Origin: an uncultured delta proteobacterium | Lineage (GTDB): Bacteria > Desulfobacterota > Binatia > Bin18 | Reading direction: 5' to 3' | Length of the DNA stretch: 64,000 bases | Assembly: GCA_963733195.1 (NCBI GenBank) | Contig: CAVTCR010000033.1 | Coordinates: 1-64,000 of the forward strand | Position numbers and translations under genes: made by a program | In this document: in pieces, positions 34,743 to 44,596 of the stretch | How the letters are laid out: each line of letters begins with the position of its first letter | Position numbering within the stretch: the first letter of the stretch is position 1 | Notes under the pieces: generated by a model | The model's input: the letters and a program-made list of their open reading frames with translations, nothing else | What the model was told of the DNA's origin: nothing | The model's database searches: none

Positions 34743-37325
34743 TTAAGAGTTTGGAACTTTGACAGCTATTTTAGTCCCCTGTCCCGGGGTGCTAGTAAGA
34801 GTGAGGTGCCCTCCGAGGCGCTCTGCCCGTTCTCGCATACTGGTGAGGCCAAAGCCACTTCCAGCGAGAGGGGTAAGCGTATCGAATCCTCGGCCATCGT
34901 CTTGTACGTGTAACTGCACCTCATGGGAATAAAATCCCAGGACGATTGAAATGGCACGTGGTTGTGCGTGCTTCCATGCGTTGATAATGGCCACTTGGCT
35001 GATACGCAAAAGGTTTGCCGCGACTTCAGCCGGCAGAGAGTATGGCGTGCCGTGGAGAGTGAATGCGATCGGGATTTGTGTACACGCTTCAAGCTGTACA
35101 GAAAGACGCTCCAACGCTGTTGGAAGGTCTAGGTGATCCAACACTTGGGGGCGTAATGCGCGCACCGACCGGCGGGCTTCGGTGAGACTCTCACGGGCGA
35201 GGGCTGTAGCTCGGGTTAAGTGCGAGTGGGCATCATCAGGAGTAGTCTCAATCACTTCTTTTGCGGCTTCTAACTGGATGATGACACCGGTTAGACCCTG
35301 TGCAAAGGTATCATGAATCTCTCGTGCGAGACGATTGCGTTCCTCGAGTATGGCTGCTTGGCGGCGCTGCTCGGCAAAATTTGCAAGTTGCATTGCAAGA
35401 GCCACTTGCTGGGCGAGGGTCTGTGCAAGCTCAAGTTCTGCTGAATGGTAGCTATTGACTGCTGTACTTTGTACGCTTACCCAGCCCGTCACTTCATCTT
35501 CCAGCACCAAAGGCAGCAACAAGAGGCTACGAATACCTTGAGAGAGCAAGACCTCTCTCGTAGTGAGACGAGCCTCGTGTTCGAGGTCGGTAACGATAAT
35601 GGGGCGTTGCGTTTGCACGAGTTCTGGCCAGAACTGAGCTTCGTCCATGGCGAAGGAGGACTGGGAGGGCAGAAAGCCGTGCGAAACGAGTTCTGTGCTT
35701 CCATTTTCAAATATCATGTAAGGAGAAAAACTCTCTTCGGATTCTTTACAAAGCCACAAGCAGGCTCGGGATGCTTTTAGTTGCTGAGCAATTGCTGTGA
35801 GGGCCTGGCTCAAGAAAGGGTCGAGAGTCGGTTCTCTTGTCAGTGTTTTGAGAGTCCGAGCTAGAGCAATTGTCTGTCCCCGAGAAACCTGAGCTTCTTC
35901 CTGTAGTATGGCTTGGGCCTCTTTCTGTGAGGTAATGTCTTCAAGCGTGCTAACGTGACCGGCGAGCTGGCCGTCACTCGCTTGCAGCGGAGTGGCACGG
36001 GCACGGACCCAACGACTTTCTCCGTTGGGATGCACGAACCGCCATTCGTGGGAGAATTCGTGACCGGTATGTATTGATGAGGTCCAGGCAGTAGCGACCG
36101 AATCGTGATCATCGGGGTGTACGGCTTGTAACCAGCCGTTTCCGAGAATGTCGTTAGCGGGTATTCCAGCTAGTGCTTGCCAGTGCGCGTTGGTGTACAC
36201 GAGACTGCCACTAGTATCTGCTTGAGCGATACCGATAGGGGCAGAAGCACTGAGCAGGCGGTACCGCGCTTCACTGTCGCGTAGGGCTTCTTGGGCTTGT
36301 TTTCGCTCAAGGATTTCCTTCTCGAGTAGGATATTTGCTTGGGTGAGTTCAACTGTTCGTGCAGCCACACGACGTTCTAACTCGTCGTGATATTCTTGGC
36401 GTCGCTGTTCAGCGCGCTTATGGTCAGCAACCTCTTTCTGTAATGCTGCATTGATTTTTGCCAATTCTGCAACCCGGTCTTGCATGCGGTGTTCGCCACC
36501 TGCACGGAGGGGATGCCGGAGTGTTTGCAGGCGATTCTGAGTGGTGTTGTCGTTAGCATAGAGGTGAACGTATAGAGGATGTCCTGCGACTTCATAGCGG
36601 GCATTGTGGTACGGGAGGACGTGTTCTTCTCCATTTTTTGTAGAGAGTCGTAACAACCCTTCAACGGTTGGCCTATGCTGGGCGAGGTCCAGGTACTTGC
36701 CGAATACGTGCTGTTCCGAGGGAATAAGGAACTCACCAAGGTTATGCCCGATCATTTGGTTGGTTTGGTAACCTAATACGGAGGCGAGTCTACGGCTAAT
36801 AAATAGTAAGGTACCGTTGAGGTCATGGGTGCAAAGGGTACCCTTCGCCGGCGCTTCGAGATAGGCACATAGATGTTCATTGGGTTCAAGACGGATATCT
36901 CGTCTCAATTGAGAGTTCACGTTGGTCAGGTGGCAGTGGAGGGTAAAAAATTTTTCGGTGAGGTCCTGTGAGGCAATGACTGTGAGGGTTGTACTTACCA
37001 GCGGTCCTTGTTGGGGCTGAAGGAAAACTTCCCAGGCCTCGGCGCGTACGGAAGGGCGGAGTCGACGTAATAAAGAAAGGAAAAGCTTTCGGCTTTCTCG
37101 CGCCAGATAGCGAAGCATAGGTTTGCCCCGCAGAGCAGTTGGCGAAGTTTGTAAAAGCGCTGCTGCTGCAAGATTTGTCTCTTGAATCGTTCCGGCTCCA
37201 TCTGTCACGAGATAGCCTTCGAGAGTGTTGGTATGCAATCTGTGAAAGCCTGAGGACTCTTGTTGTGACGGAGGCGCATTGGGTTGCAAGTCGGGAAAAA
37301 TCGGCAATGGGTCTGTTCTGGTCAT
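34743..37325 (-). CDS. PAS/GAF sensor histidine kinase (HisKA_3)
   Basis: Multiple PAS, GAF, ERNRLAREIHD, DDGRGF..GFGL..RER. Confidence 0.93.
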   Translation of the reverse strand: MTRTDPLPIFPDLQPNAPPSQQESSGFHRLHTNTLEGYLVTDGAGTIQETNLAAAALLQTSPTALRGKPMLRYLARESRKLFLSLLRRLRPSVRAEAWEVFLQPQQGPLVSTTLTVIASQDLTEKFFTLHCHLTNVNSQLRRDIRLEPNEHLCAYLEAPAKGTLCTHDLNGTLLFISRRLASVLGYQTNQMIGHNLGEFLIPSEQHVFGKYLDLAQHRPTVEGLLRLSTKNGEEHVLPYHNARYEVAGHPLYVHLYANDNTTQNRLQTLRHPLRAGGEHRMQDRVAELAKINAALQKEVADHKRAEQRRQEYHDELERRVAARTVELTQANILLEKEILERKQAQEALRDSEARYRLLSASAPIGIAQADTSGSLVYTNAHWQALAGIPANDILGNGWLQAVHPDDHDSVATAWTSSIHTGHEFSHEWRFVHPNGESRWVRARATPLQASDGQLAGHVSTLEDITSQKEAQAILQEEAQVSRGQTIALARTLKTLTREPTLDPFLSQALTAIAQQLKASRACLWLCKESEESFSPYMIFENGSTELVSHGFLPSQSSFAMDEAQFWPELVQTQRPIIVTDLEHEARLTTREVLLSQGIRSLLLLPLVLEDEVTGWVSVQSTAVNSYHSAELELAQTLAQQVALAMQLANFAEQRRQAAILEERNRLAREIHDTFAQGLTGVIIQLEAAKEVIETTPDDAHSHLTRATALARESLTEARRSVRALRPQVLDHLDLPTALERLSVQLEACTQIPIAFTLHGTPYSLPAEVAANLLRISQVAIINAWKHAQPRAISIVLGFYSHEVQLHVQDDGRGFDTLTPLAGSGFGLTSMRERAERLGGHLTLTSTPGQGTKIAVKVPNS

Positions 37326-37759
37326 TGGTCGTTCTTTCTCAAAAGGAATCTGAGATGGTTTGCCTCGTTGAGTTAGTTTTACATTTGAATGATTCGTACG
37401 TACATGACAAACAGTCAGTTCCTTTTCCTCACACTGTCAATAGATCAGAGGCAAAGTATATAAAAAAGTATAGCAGAGATTCTTACCAGTGCTACTTTTT
37501 TACAGAGGTTTGAGGACACAAAAGCTGCGGAATTTCGGGACCGATAAAGGCGGGAGGGATCTGGAGTAAGTCTCAAGCTTGGAAAAGCATTTCCTGTAAC
37601 TATTGCTTAAGCAGTCGTATCGTCGATTTTCGCAAGCTTTGTATGATGTCGGTTCTTCTCATTAGATGGCCTGAGATGTCATTACAGAGATGTAGATCTT
37701 GGTTGTTTTGTTAGCTGCAGTAGGACACTTTGTGATTTTCTTGTCCGGGAGGAGATGTA

Positions 37760-39319
37760 TCACTCTAGGCTCGCTTCGACGAGCATCGGACCTGAAGAGG
37801 TGAATGAATAGCGAAGCGCATTTGTAAGCTCTTCGCCAGTGCGGACGGTACGAGCCTCAACACCGAACCCTTCGGCAATTTTAACGTAAGAGATTTCAGG
37901 ATTATCAAGTCCTGTTAGTGCGAGACTCGCAGGGCCTGGCGTAGTTCTGGCGCGTTCCATCTCCCAACGTAAGATAGAGTATGCTCGGTTTTTGCAGATG
38001 ACGGTTGTCACCTTCTGTTTTTCGCGAGCCATAGTCCAGAGGGATTGTATTGTGTACAGAGAAGATCCGTCTCCTTCCAAACAAATGACCCGCTTGTGAG
38101 GTTCTGCTGCTGCAGCCCCGACCGCGCAGGGAAGTCCTTGGCCGATCGAACCGCCAGTAAGAGTCATGTAAGTAAAAGGAGGAGCGCCGGCAGCAAAACT
38201 ATAATAAGAAAATCCCGCGGTCGCACCTTCATCCATAACGATGGTGTTTTCCGTCTGAGCTGCCGCAATGGCCTGACACATTAAGAGGGGAGTGAGCGGG
38301 CCGTGTGGAGCCTGAGGTCGTTCTGGAGCTGGAACGTTGCGCACGGGTGGAGCACCGATTGTGTCAGCCAAGGCGACCAAGGCTGAAGCTGGATCTACTG
38401 TTGGGTCACAGAGCTGGATTATCGCGGCGTCCTCAGCGCATAGACCGCTGCGGCTGTTGGGGTAACCAAAGAACGCAACGGGTTCGGCAGCTCCAGCGAG
38501 GATTACGTTATGGTAGGAGGCAAGCAGCTGACGAGCCGGTTCGGGAGGGTAGGGAATTTTGTCGGGGCAGATGAGACCCGCCCCACGATCCTGCACGGGG
38601 GGGAAGGTTGGTGCAAGAACTCTGCAACCGGTTGCACGGGCGATCCGATCTGCCGCACGTAAGCCGGGAGTACGGAGAGCAGAGCCACTGAGGACGAGGG
38701 CTGCGTTTCCTGAACGAAGAGCTCTCGCTGCGCGTTCGATATCGGTTGAGCTGGGTGTGGTGTGAACTGGTAGTTGTATGGAAACTTGCTGGTCGGGAAC
38801 TTGAGCCCACTGAACGTCGCCGGGGACAATAAGAGTAGCCGGACCACTGGGGAGCTGAAGGGCGTGGGTGATAGCCGTCGCCATATCGGTGGCGGCGAGT
38901 TCTGGGCGAGTTGTAGTGTGGACAAACTTCGACATAGGACGGGCGAGAGTCCCTATGTCAGAGGTTAAGGGTGCGTTGGCTGCGATATGCCAGGAGGCGT
39001 GTTCCCCGACCACAGAAATAACAGGAGTTCCTGCCTTGCGAGCGTTGTGTAGATTGGCGAGGCCATTGGCGAGCCCTGGGCCTAAGTGGAGGAGGGCAAG
39101 CGCAGGTTTACCGGAGATTCTTGCATAGCCGTCAGCGGCACCGGTGCATACCCCTTCAAAGATAGCTAACACCGAGTGAATCGAAGGATTATGATCAAGG
39201 GCTTGGACGAGTGAGAGTTCTGTAGTGCCGGGATTGGCAAAACAGATCTTAATATCAGCGGCGGCAGCGACTTTTAGGATTGCTTCGGCACCGGTAATCA
39301 TCTTCTGCTCTGAGGCCAT
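37760..39319 (-). CDS. Acetolactate synthase large subunit-like TPP enzyme
   Basis: CFANPGTTE, LFE-like motif IFEGVCTGAADGY, GDGS. Confidence 0.9.
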   Translation of the reverse strand: MASEQKMITGAEAILKVAAAADIKICFANPGTTELSLVQALDHNPSIHSVLAIFEGVCTGAADGYARISGKPALALLHLGPGLANGLANLHNARKAGTPVISVVGEHASWHIAANAPLTSDIGTLARPMSKFVHTTTRPELAATDMATAITHALQLPSGPATLIVPGDVQWAQVPDQQVSIQLPVHTTPSSTDIERAARALRSGNAALVLSGSALRTPGLRAADRIARATGCRVLAPTFPPVQDRGAGLICPDKIPYPPEPARQLLASYHNVILAGAAEPVAFFGYPNSRSGLCAEDAAIIQLCDPTVDPASALVALADTIGAPPVRNVPAPERPQAPHGPLTPLLMCQAIAAAQTENTIVMDEGATAGFSYYSFAAGAPPFTYMTLTGGSIGQGLPCAVGAAAAEPHKRVICLEGDGSSLYTIQSLWTMAREKQKVTTVICKNRAYSILRWEMERARTTPGPASLALTGLDNPEISYVKIAEGFGVEARTVRTGEELTNALRYSFTSSGPMLVEASLE

Positions 39320-39550
39320 AGGCTTTCCTCCCGGTGCGGAAGGTTAGTGAGTTGATGAGGGAGCGTCAAGGAGAGCTGTGAATCCTCAGGTGCTAAGGTT
39401 GCTGACTTTTGCAGCGGGCGCCCTCTCTCATAGGGGCAATCCGCTTTGTGCCTGCGGCACACGCGGATCGTCCCTCTTCGTTCGGGCGAGTTCCTTGCGT
39501 AGTGTTGGGGTTCTGAGGTAGGAGGAGGAAAACCTTGTTGGGAGGAAAAC

Positions 39551-39904
39551 ATGGCAATCAAGAAATTTTCGAGTGCGTATTACGTTGTGAAGAATATGGA
39601 TCGTGCTGTGACGTTCTATAAAGACGTGCTGGGGATGAACGTCAAGTTTCGAGATGGAAACCGGTGGACGCAGTTTGATGTGAATGGAGTAGGTGTAGCG
39701 TTGGCGGATCCAAGTGAAGGGACGGTGCCAGCGGGAGGGGGTGGCACCGTTGTTCTTGAAGTCGACAATCTTCTGGAAACACGAGAGAAACTGATTAGCA
39801 GCGGAGCGCAAGTGAACGACATTGTTGATATGGGCGGGCACGGCAAGTACTTCACCGTGAAAGACCCAGAAGGAAACGTGGTGCAGATCTTTGCACGAAC
39901 GTGA
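39551..39904 (+). CDS. VOC family protein
   Basis: VKNMDRAVTFY..KDPEGN. Confidence 0.88.
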   Translation: MAIKKFSSAYYVVKNMDRAVTFYKDVLGMNVKFRDGNRWTQFDVNGVGVALADPSEGTVPAGGGGTVVLEVDNLLETREKLISSGAQVNDIVDMGGHGKYFTVKDPEGNVVQIFART

Positions 39905-39910
39905 GCGGTG

Positions 39911-40363
39911 TCAGGGGGTGTGGAACAGGAAGTAATCGAGAGACCACCAGCCGGGGCCGGTGAGAACAAACATGGCGAAGAGAATGGTGAGATTGATCGC
40001 GTACTCTGCGCCTGGAGGGTTGTTGAGGATCAGGTAGCCACCACCGCGATGACCGGTCAGAGAGGCGATAAGCATGTTGATAGTGAGGGCAAGGGCAACC
40101 GGACGAGTTAGGAGCCCTACGGTAAAGAGGATGCCACCAACGAATTCAATGATGGTAGCGACCCAGGCATTGAGAAGCGGAAAGGGCATTCCAAGATCTT
40201 TAAGCCATCCGGCGAAGGCTGGAACGCCACCAGGATTGGTTGGGTGATAACCGAGTTTGCCCGTGCCGTGAACTATGATGCATATGCCAAGAGCAACCCG
40301 GACGACAAAGAGCGCGAAGTTGAGCCATGAGTCAGAAGTCGAAAGTAAGAGATTTTCGAGCAT
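39911..40363 (-). CDS. DoxX family membrane protein
   Basis: R..LG....HG..K, EFVGG, GLLTR, GPG.WSLD. Confidence 0.9.
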   Translation of the reverse strand: MLENLLLSTSDSWLNFALFVVRVALGICIIVHGTGKLGYHPTNPGGVPAFAGWLKDLGMPFPLLNAWVATIIEFVGGILFTVGLLTRPVALALTINMLIASLTGHRGGGYLILNNPPGAEYAINLTILFAMFVLTGPGWWSLDYFLFHTP

Positions 40364-40428
40364 GCATTCCCCTCCTGGATAGAATGGCGGGGATCATAGT
40401 GAAAGAGATAGCGACGGTAAAGGGAGAG

Positions 40429-41439
40429 ATGAAGATGATGGGAGATAGAGGTAGAGGATGGAAATGGAAGAGGTTTGTATTCGTTCTGTGCGCGGTAGGT
40501 TTCCTAGTTTGTGAAGCCTCAAGGGTTAATGCGCAACAAGAAGAGCCGGTGTGGAAATGGACGCCAGAGCAAATCCAGTCGCACGTCAATAAAGTGCGGA
40601 GTGGAAAAGACTTGACGCCGAAACGGTGGCCGAATGGAGCGCGAGTGGCGGTCAGCCTTTCGTTTGATTTTGATACAGAGCCAGTATGGTTGGGATTTCA
40701 GAAGCAACAGAGTCCATCGTACATGTCACGTGGGGAGTATGGGGCGCGGGCAGGAATGCCACGAATTATGGCACTGCTCGATAAATACAAAATTCCGGCG
40801 ACCTTCTTCATTCCAGCGATTTCAATGGTCCTACACCCTGAAGTCGTCGAGGATATCAAAAAGCGACCGCATCACGAGTTTGGATTTCACTCGTACGTGC
40901 ATGAGAATCCGATGGAACTGACAGAGAAGGAAGAACGAGAAGTTTACGATAAAGCGATGAAGATTTTTGTTGAAAAAGTAGGGAAGCGACCAGTGGGGTT
41001 CCGATCGGCAGCATGGGATCTGACACCAGCAACGATCCGGCTCGTGAAAGAGATGGGCTTTCTCTACGATAGTAGCATGATGGCTGACGATCGACCGTAT
41101 GAGTTAGTGACTGAAGGGCAGGCGTCAGGCGTCGTTGAGTTACCAGTGGAATGGATCCTCGATGACTGGCCATACTTTCAGTTGAGTTGGTCAAGTCACC
41201 ATGTGGGACTACGGAACCCGAATGATGTGTACTCAGTGTGGGCAGGAGAGTTTGATGGAGCGTATGCGGAGGGTTCGACATTCATCTTGGTCATGCACCC
41301 CCAAGTCATTGGGCATCGGTATCGAATGCAGATGTTAGAGCGTCTAGTCGCATACATGAAGAAGAAGCCGGGGGTTTGGTTTGCGACCCACGAGCAAATC
41401 GCACGATACGTGCAGGAGCAAGGGGAAAGTAGTCAGTAG
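40429..41439 (+). CDS. Polysaccharide deacetylase family protein (PuuE/PgdA-like), signal peptide
   Basis: SFDFD, ATFFIP, HSYVHE, GFRS, YDSS, MHPQVIG. Confidence 0.88.
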   Translation: MKMMGDRGRGWKWKRFVFVLCAVGFLVCEASRVNAQQEEPVWKWTPEQIQSHVNKVRSGKDLTPKRWPNGARVAVSLSFDFDTEPVWLGFQKQQSPSYMSRGEYGARAGMPRIMALLDKYKIPATFFIPAISMVLHPEVVEDIKKRPHHEFGFHSYVHENPMELTEKEEREVYDKAMKIFVEKVGKRPVGFRSAAWDLTPATIRLVKEMGFLYDSSMMADDRPYELVTEGQASGVVELPVEWILDDWPYFQLSWSSHHVGLRNPNDVYSVWAGEFDGAYAEGSTFILVMHPQVIGHRYRMQMLERLVAYMKKKPGVWFATHEQIARYVQEQGESSQ

Positions 41440-41499
41440 GAAAAGGCGACAAGGGTAAAAAGGAAAAAGAATAAATGAGCAACGAATAAGGAGGGGACT

Positions 41500-43182
41500 A
41501 TGAACTATGATCTGCTGATCAAAGGTGCGGACATCTGTGACGGAACAGGTAGGCCGCGGTTCCACGAATCAATCGGGGTGCGTGACGGCGTAATTGTCGA
41601 GATCGGAGAAATCTCAGGACGTGCGACGCGGACAATCAATGCTAATGGACTGGTGGTGGCACCGGGATTCATCGATATTCATACGCACTATGATGCGCAG
41701 ATTTCCTGGGACCCGTTGTTGACTTGTTCGCCGTGGCATGGGGTGACTTCGGTACTCATGGGCAACTGTGGGGTTGGAGTCGCTCCATGCCGCCCACATG
41801 AGAAGGATATCGTGTCGTGGGATTTGGTGAATGTGGAGGCAATGCCACACGATGTGCTCCTGGGTGGCGTGGCATGGGATGAATGGGAAAGCTTTCCCCA
41901 ATACATGAATGCCATAACAAGCCGTGGGATCGCACTTAATGTTGGGTTCTTGGTTCCACTTTCGAGTTTTCGCTATTACGTGATGGGGACTGCCGCTTCA
42001 GAACGGGCCGCGACTGCTGCGGAAATCGAACGCATGACGGTCCTGTTCCGGCAGGCAATGGAGGCAGGAGCGTATGGATTTTCTCTGAGTCTGCTCAACC
42101 AACATATCGGTTACCAAGGGAAGCCGCTCGCTAGTCGATTGGCTACAAAGGAAGAGATCTGCGCGTTAGGGCAAGTGATGCGCGAGCTTGGCCGTGGCGT
42201 GGTCGAGATCGCACTCACCAAGAGTGTGAGTGTCCTGACAGATGAAGAACTAGACCTGTTAGTTGCTGTGGCAAACGAAAGCCAACGACCGGTGACATGG
42301 CTCGGGCTGCTCGGACGATCGGATATGCCGGGGGTGTGTCGCTCTGCGTTGACGCGGATCGAGCCTTTTCTGAGGAGAGGATTGCGAATCCCACCGCAAG
42401 TGACGCCGCGCCCGATCCAGCAGTACTATACGATGAAAGTGCCCTTTATTTTTGCGAGTTTGCCGTCCTGGCGCGAGGCGTTTAATCGTCCAGTCGCTGA
42501 ACAAATCGCGTTATACCGGAAAGCTGACTTTCGTGACGCATTTCGCCGGGATCTGAAAGTTGGTGGGGCGATCTTCACCAATCAGTGGGATCGCGTGCAT
42601 GTCGTGCGTGTCGAGAAGGATCACAACAAGCGCTATGTCAACAAAAGTATTGCGGAGATTGCCACATTATGGAAGCGAGACCCCATCGATACGGTTCTTG
42701 ACCTTGCTATTGATGAAGAGCTCGAGATGGGAATTACACTGTCAGTGATTAACACCAACCCGGACGAAGTACGGGAATTGATTACGCATCCGGATGTATT
42801 GATTGGACTTTCTGATGCTGGTGCACATGTGGATCAACACTGCGATGCCGGAGTGCCAACATATCTACTGAGCGAGTGGGTGCGAAAGCGACAAGCAATG
42901 AGCTTAGAGGAGGGGGTCCGGCGGTTGACAGGAGAGCCTGCCGCGTTCCTAGGACAGACTAAGAAAGGACGTGTGGCGGTAGGTATGGATGCTGACTTGG
43001 TAGTATTTGATCCCGAAACGATCGGAGTGCAACCTCCTGAGTGGGTTAGCGATTTACCGGGAGGAAAGCCGCGCCTTATCGAACGAGCCCAGGGAGTTCA
43101 CCATACGATAGTGGGAGGGGCCATTTTATTTGCTGAGGGGGTATATCAAGGTGGGCTACCGGGGAAAGTTATGCGTCCGTAG
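41500..43182 (+). CDS. Amidohydrolase (N-acyl-D-amino-acid deacylase family)
   Basis: PGFIDIHTHYD, GNCG, SDAGAH. Confidence 0.9.
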   Translation: MNYDLLIKGADICDGTGRPRFHESIGVRDGVIVEIGEISGRATRTINANGLVVAPGFIDIHTHYDAQISWDPLLTCSPWHGVTSVLMGNCGVGVAPCRPHEKDIVSWDLVNVEAMPHDVLLGGVAWDEWESFPQYMNAITSRGIALNVGFLVPLSSFRYYVMGTAASERAATAAEIERMTVLFRQAMEAGAYGFSLSLLNQHIGYQGKPLASRLATKEEICALGQVMRELGRGVVEIALTKSVSVLTDEELDLLVAVANESQRPVTWLGLLGRSDMPGVCRSALTRIEPFLRRGLRIPPQVTPRPIQQYYTMKVPFIFASLPSWREAFNRPVAEQIALYRKADFRDAFRRDLKVGGAIFTNQWDRVHVVRVEKDHNKRYVNKSIAEIATLWKRDPIDTVLDLAIDEELEMGITLSVINTNPDEVRELITHPDVLIGLSDAGAHVDQHCDAGVPTYLLSEWVRKRQAMSLEEGVRRLTGEPAAFLGQTKKGRVAVGMDADLVVFDPETIGVQPPEWVSDLPGGKPRLIERAQGVHHTIVGGAILFAEGVYQGGLPGKVMRP

Positions 43183-43188
43183 GGGAGT

Positions 43189-43230
43189 AATGAAGAATTA
43201 AGAGTGAAGAATTAAGAATGAAGAGTGAGG
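43189..43230 (+). repeat. Heptamer tandem repeat (6 units)
   Basis: AATGAAG AATTAAG AGTGAAG AATTAAG AATGAAG AGTGAGG. Confidence 0.8.
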
Positions 43231-43376
43231 GATAGGAAAAGGCTGGAGATTTTCGGAGTCTTTTGACTCTCTAGCTAGTTCTCCTTGACAACACATAGGG
43301 AGCTGGCGTATGAGGCAAAGGAAATGAACACTCACTCAGAAAGCACCGTGGGAATACACGCGAAAGGAACGCGCGA

Positions 43377-44114
43377 GTGAAGGCGCAAGTCGTGCGGAGG
43401 AAACGCAAGGCCACCTCGCAAGTTGCGGACGAGAAGCGTCTCCTCGAAGGGAAAGAACGCATCGCCGATGCTGCAGCAACCCTATTTCTGAGTGGTGGCT
43501 ACCACAGCACAAGCGTGCGTGAAATTGCTCAAAGGGCTGGGCTCAGTGTTGGTTCGGTATTCAATTATTTCACGAGTAAAGAAGAGATCCTCTTCTTTTT
43601 ATTCTCTCGCAATCAAGAGCGCACCGAAGCGACGTTACGAGATCAACAAGCGGAATTTGAGCGACTAAAAGCGGAGGGAGTAAATCCGAAGGATCTGCTC
43701 TGGCTTGCCTATCAGTCGTACGTACGCCTCATCGAAGAGCTGCGCCGCTATACCGTCCTTGGATACCAAGAAATGAAGTCATTAACCGCGGCGGAGCGAC
43801 GTCGCCTGCTCGAAGGAGAAGAGCGGATCCAGCACTTTTTGGAAGAAATTATTGCGTATGGTGTGGAACGAGGAGTTTTCCCGCCGGGAGATATCGATTT
43901 GAAAGCCCACAGCCTGATGGTCTTGTCACAGTCATGGGCGGTGCGACACTGGGCCTTGAAGCGCTTTACCAAAGTGGACGATTATTTGACGGCACTAAAG
44001 GCGATCGTGCTCGGAGTGGTGGAAAGTGAGACAGCCAAAGTGAATGGAATCATCACCTTGGTTGGAGAGACAAAGGGGGATGATTCGGTTCAATCACGGA
44101 GTACGTTAGTGTAG
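43377..44114 (+). CDS. TetR/AcrR family regulator
   Basis: LF...GY..TSVREIA..AG.S.GSVFNYF.SKEEI. Confidence 0.92.
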   Translation: MKAQVVRRKRKATSQVADEKRLLEGKERIADAAATLFLSGGYHSTSVREIAQRAGLSVGSVFNYFTSKEEILFFLFSRNQERTEATLRDQQAEFERLKAEGVNPKDLLWLAYQSYVRLIEELRRYTVLGYQEMKSLTAAERRRLLEGEERIQHFLEEIIAYGVERGVFPPGDIDLKAHSLMVLSQSWAVRHWALKRFTKVDDYLTALKAIVLGVVESETAKVNGIITLVGETKGDDSVQSRSTLV

Positions 44115-44596
44115 CTAAGCGATACGCCCTTCGGTTTGTGCTCGACCGGATGATGTTCGTATACGAAGTAGAAACATATGGGAACACCTTTCCTGGTAGC
44201 GAATGACATCTGCGGCGAAAGCCTATAAGGCCTGGTCATGACACAGGATTAGTGAAGTGACACACCGTGGATGAACAATGTTTTGACGCTACCAGGTAGG
44301 CTGCTGCGCAGATAGAAAGTAAATGCGTAAGCGGCTCGGGGACCCCCGGGAAGAAGGAGGGGAGGGCTCTTGCGAGCCCTCCTTCCTGGGGTGAAATAAA
44401 AAAAGTTGGCCCCTTGTTACCGTGTCCGGGGAAAAGCGAGCATTTCCTCTGACGTCACATTGTGACGCGGTATCGTACTGTCCTCGAATGACAACCGTGC
44501 TAGCTAGGAAGTAGAGCGGGTGGGAGTAAGTAGTGATCTTCTTTATGGCTGCTGCTACTCCTTCCTAAACATAACCGCAGCGCCGAGGAGGATACA

